Below are positions 61,390 through 64,000 of a DNA stretch of 64,000 nucleotides, piece by piece (position 1 is the stretch's first letter; every line of letters starts with the position of its first letter). The translations under genes were made by a program, and so were the position numbers. The notes under the pieces were generated by a model. It ran no database searches. It saw only the letters and a program-made list of their open reading frames with translations, and was not told where the DNA came from. Source of the DNA: an uncultured Chloroflexia bacterium (GTDB lineage: Bacteria > Chloroflexota > Limnocylindria > Limnocylindrales > CSP1-4); contig CAWDFY010000004.1 of NCBI GenBank assembly GCA_963801745.1, positions 768,312 to 832,311 on the forward strand, in the 5' to 3' direction.

Positions 61390-62301
61390 ATGTCCCTCGG
61401 CCTGCTGACCGGTCTCGGCGCTGCCGTGTGCTGGGGCACGCTCGACCTCTTCTCGGCCCTCGCGAGCCGCCGCATCGGCAGCCTCCGGGTCACGAGCGGG
61501 ATGCAGATCGTCGGCGCGCTGCTGATCTGGCTGGTGGCCGTCGTCACGAGCACGCCGGTGCCGACCGACCCGTTCGTGCTCGTCGGCGGCGGCTCGTCGG
61601 GCTGGCCGGGGCCGGGCGCGTACCTGTCCTACTTCACCGGTCTCCGGATCGGCCCGATCGCCGTGGTCAGCGGGATGGTCGCCGCGTACGGCGGCCTCAC
61701 CGTCGTGCTGGCGGTGGTCCTCCGCGGGCGAAGCGCTGACGCCGCTCCAGGCCCTCGGCGCCACGCTCGCGACCGTCGGCGTCGTCCTGACCGGCATCGC
61801 GTTCGATGGTGGCCTGCGTGGCGTGAAGTTCGCGAGCCCGGGCGTCATCTTCGCGGTCGTCGCGCTGATCCTCTTCGCGACGATGACGATCGCCAGCGAC
61901 ATCGTCATCGACCGCGCACCGTGGCTGCAGGTCCTGCTGGTCGCGCGGGCGGTCAACGCCATCGCGTCGATCGTCATCCTGGCGCTCGCGACGACCGTAC
62001 TCCGGCGCCTCGCCGCGCCGATGATCGAGGGCGACGACGGTGACGCGAGCGGCGTCCGCATCGACCCGCGGGTGGTCGCTGCGGTCGTGCTCGCCGGCAT
62101 CCTCGACATCATCGGCCTGATGCTGTTCGCGTACGGGCTCGAGCACGCCGAGACGTGGCTCGTCGGTCTCGCGTCCTCGTTCGGGCCGGCGGTGACGATC
62201 ATCGTCGCCGTCGCCCTGCTCGGCGAACGGCTCCGCCCCGATCCAGTGGCTCGGGCTGGCCGGCGATCCTGCTCGGGATGATCGCGATCGGGCTGCCCTA
62301 A
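61390..62301 (+). CDS. EamA/DMT-family transporter (frame broken at least 2 times)
   Basis: LLTGLGAAVCWGTLDLFSALASRRIG..; second half in the 61823 frame (ILDIIGLMLFAYGLEHA..). Restored tail LLGERLRPIQWLGLAGILLGMIAIGLP with stop 62299-62301. Confidence 0.7.
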
Positions 62302-62317
62302 CCGGTCGATGCCCGGC

Positions 62318-63383
62318 TCAGGCCGGCAGGCTGAACCAGAAGCGCGTCTGACCGTCGCCCGACTCGGCGCCGACGCGGCCGCCGGCCGACTCGACCAGCT
62401 GCTTGACGATGGCCAGGCCGATGCCGGCGCCGCCGCGCGCCCGGTCGCGCGACTTCTCGACCCGGTAGAAGCGCTCGAACACGCGTTCGAGGTCCTCGGG
62501 CGGGATGCCCTCGCCGGTGTTCGACGACCGACACCAGGACGTCGGCCGGGCGCCGCTCGGCCCGGACCGTGACGACGCCGCCGCGCGGCGTGTAGCGGAC
62601 GGCGTTCGACAGCAGGTTCGCGAGGACCTGGGCGAGCCGGTCCGGGTCGGCGCGGGCGGGCAGTGCGTCCGGAAGGTCGTCATGCGAGGCGCAGCCCGGC
62701 CCGCTCGATCGATGGCGCGGCGAGCTCGAGCGCCGACCGGATCGCGGCGGCCAGGTCGAGCTCGACGAGCCGCGCCGGGCTCGTGCCGGCGTCGCCCTCG
62801 GCGAGCGCGTCGAGCGAGCGCGACAGGCGGACCAGCCGGTCGGCCTCCTCGTGGAGCGACTCGTACGTCGCCCGGTCGGCCGTCGATGACGCCGTCGCGC
62901 AGCGCCTCGAGGTAGCCCTGCAGGTTGGTCAGCGGCGTGCGCAGCTCGTGCGCCGCGTTGGCGATGAAGTCGCGCCGCATCGCCTCCTGGCGCTCGAGCG
63001 AGGCGGCCATCTGGTTGAACGAGTCGGCGAGGCTGGCGAGCTCCTCGGGCCCCTCGCGCGGGACGCGCGCCGCGTAGTCGCCGTCGGCGATGCGCCGGGC
63101 GGCGCCGCCGATCTCCGCCAGCGGCCGGGCGAGCATCCGGGCGAGGACGATCGCCAGACCGACGCTCGCGATGACGGCGACGATCGACGCCGTCGATGAC
63201 CACCGTCGTGACCGAGTCGTCGTACATGTCCCGGGCGTGCTCGGCCGAGTCGCCGGCCTCCATCATCAGCGCGGTGAAGACGTCGGCCCCGACGACGGCC
63301 ACGCCGATGCCGAGGATCACGAGGCCGACCGCGGCGCTGGCGATGGCCGCCAGCGCGATCGCGCCGCGATGCCGCGGCCGATC
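62318..63383 (-). CDS. sensor histidine kinase (TM-HAMP-HisKA-HATPase) (frame broken at least 3 times)
   Basis: FIANAAHELRTPLTNLQGYLEAL (H box), LAQVLANLLSNAVRYTP (N box), GGAGIGLAIVKQLVE (G2 box). GTG 63383 overlaps the regulator stop. Confidence 0.85.
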
Positions 63384-64000
63384 ACGTCCGGGCGGCCCGG
63401 TAGCCGACGCCGCGGACCGTCTGCACGTAGCGCGGCGCGTCGGGGTCGTCGTCGAGCTTGTCGCGCAGTCGGCGGATGTGGACGTCGATCGTGCGATCGA
63501 GGACGTCGGCCGACTCGTGCCCGTAGACCGCGTCGAGCAGCTGGTCGCGCGACAGGACGCGGCCGTCCGCGGCGAGGATCGCCGAGAGCAGCCGGAACTC
63601 GACCCGGGTCAGGTCGATGACGGTCGTCGCCTCGACGGACCTCGTGGCGTGCCGGGTCGATCGTCAGGTCGCCGTGACGCAGCACCGGCGACGACCGCTC
63701 CGACTGGCCGGCCGCGCTGCTGCCGCTCCGCCGCAGGATCGACTTGACGCGCAGCACCAGCTCGGCCGGCGAGAACGGCTTGGGCAGGTAGTCGTCGGCG
63801 CCGTCCTCGAGCCCGGCGATGCGGTCGATGGTCGAGCTCCGCGCCGACAGCACGAGGATCGGCGTGCGGCCCGCCTCGTCGTCGCGGCGGACCGCCCGGA
63901 TGACGGCCCGGCCGTCCAGCTCGGGGAGCATCAGGTCGAGCACGACGAGCGCCGGCGCGTGCGTCTCGATGGCGTCGAGGGCGCCGGGCCCGTCCGCGGC
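63381..64000 (-). CDS. OmpR-family response regulator (5' end off-window; one frame break near 63640)
   Basis: VVLDLMLPELDGRAVIRAV..GADDYLPKPFSPAELVLRVKSILRR (receiver), then the wHTH piece LTRVEFRLLS..TVRGVGYR in another frame. Stop TGA 63381-63383. Confidence 0.85.

Noticed and set aside
1-64000. CRISPR arrays, prophage or transposon genes, toxin-antitoxin pairs or known defence-system genes.
   Set aside because: I found no regularly spaced direct repeats, no integrase, transposase, recombinase or reverse-transcriptase motifs, and no paired small ORFs with recognisable toxin or antitoxin folds. The only tandem repeats are in-frame coding duplications.

Overview
High-GC (roughly 70 percent by eye, not computed) Actinomycetota-like chromosomal window with about 60 protein-coding genes and two tRNA-Ala genes. 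I recognised no rRNA, CRISPR array, transposase or integrase.

Layout:
(1) 1-11.1 kb: plus-strand catabolic cluster (GMC oxidoreductase + small subunit, aldehyde dehydrogenase, LacI regulator, SDR, CoA-transferase, enoyl-CoA hydratase, LLM oxidoreductase, AroE-type dehydrogenase, FAH hydrolase, creatininase).
(2) 11.1-24.1 kb: 11-gene minus-strand sugar/amino-sugar operon (Gfo/Idh/MocA, TIM-barrel isomerase, DeoC aldolase, SIS protein, ribose-type ABC importer, ROK kinase, GntR/HutC regulator, NagA), with a divergent ROK repressor and a perfect 21-bp palindrome.
(3) 24.1-32.1 kb: LacI + CUT1 ABC importer + GH3 beta-glucosidase + CE7 acetyl esterase.
(4) 32.1-37.1 kb: MocR regulator with a divergent SDR/MetE-like/Gfo operon and a convergent PPOX gene.
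(5) 37.2-47.8 kb: housekeeping block rho, LysM-M23 peptidase, obg-nadD-rsfS, holA-comEC-comEA.
(6) 47.8-53.6 kb: patchy accessory segment (TPR fragment, SARP-cyclase-like-STAND regulator, beta-propeller gene remnant, hairpin repeats, a CGNR zinc-finger gene divergent from a two-gene micro-operon that includes an untracked 38-aa membrane peptide, a methyltransferase).
(7) 53.6-64 kb: leuS, tRNA-Ala(GGC), D-aminoacylase, YgjP, LtrA, DUF1304, tRNA-Ala(CGC), EamA transporter, histidine kinase/OmpR pair.

Dominant technical feature: roughly half of the genes, including essential ones (leuS, rho, obg, nadD, holA), can only be read by switching frame, from once to more than ten times per gene, without other signs of decay. 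I interpret this as single-base indel errors in the assembly rather than biology. Coordinates for frameshifted genes are therefore gene spans, not clean ORFs.

Limits: all functional calls rest on motif and family recognition in the supplied translations; no database search was possible.

The best candidate for something undescribed is the CGNR / micro-operon module at 51.5-52.7 kb. Most of the rest is ordinary metabolism and housekeeping.
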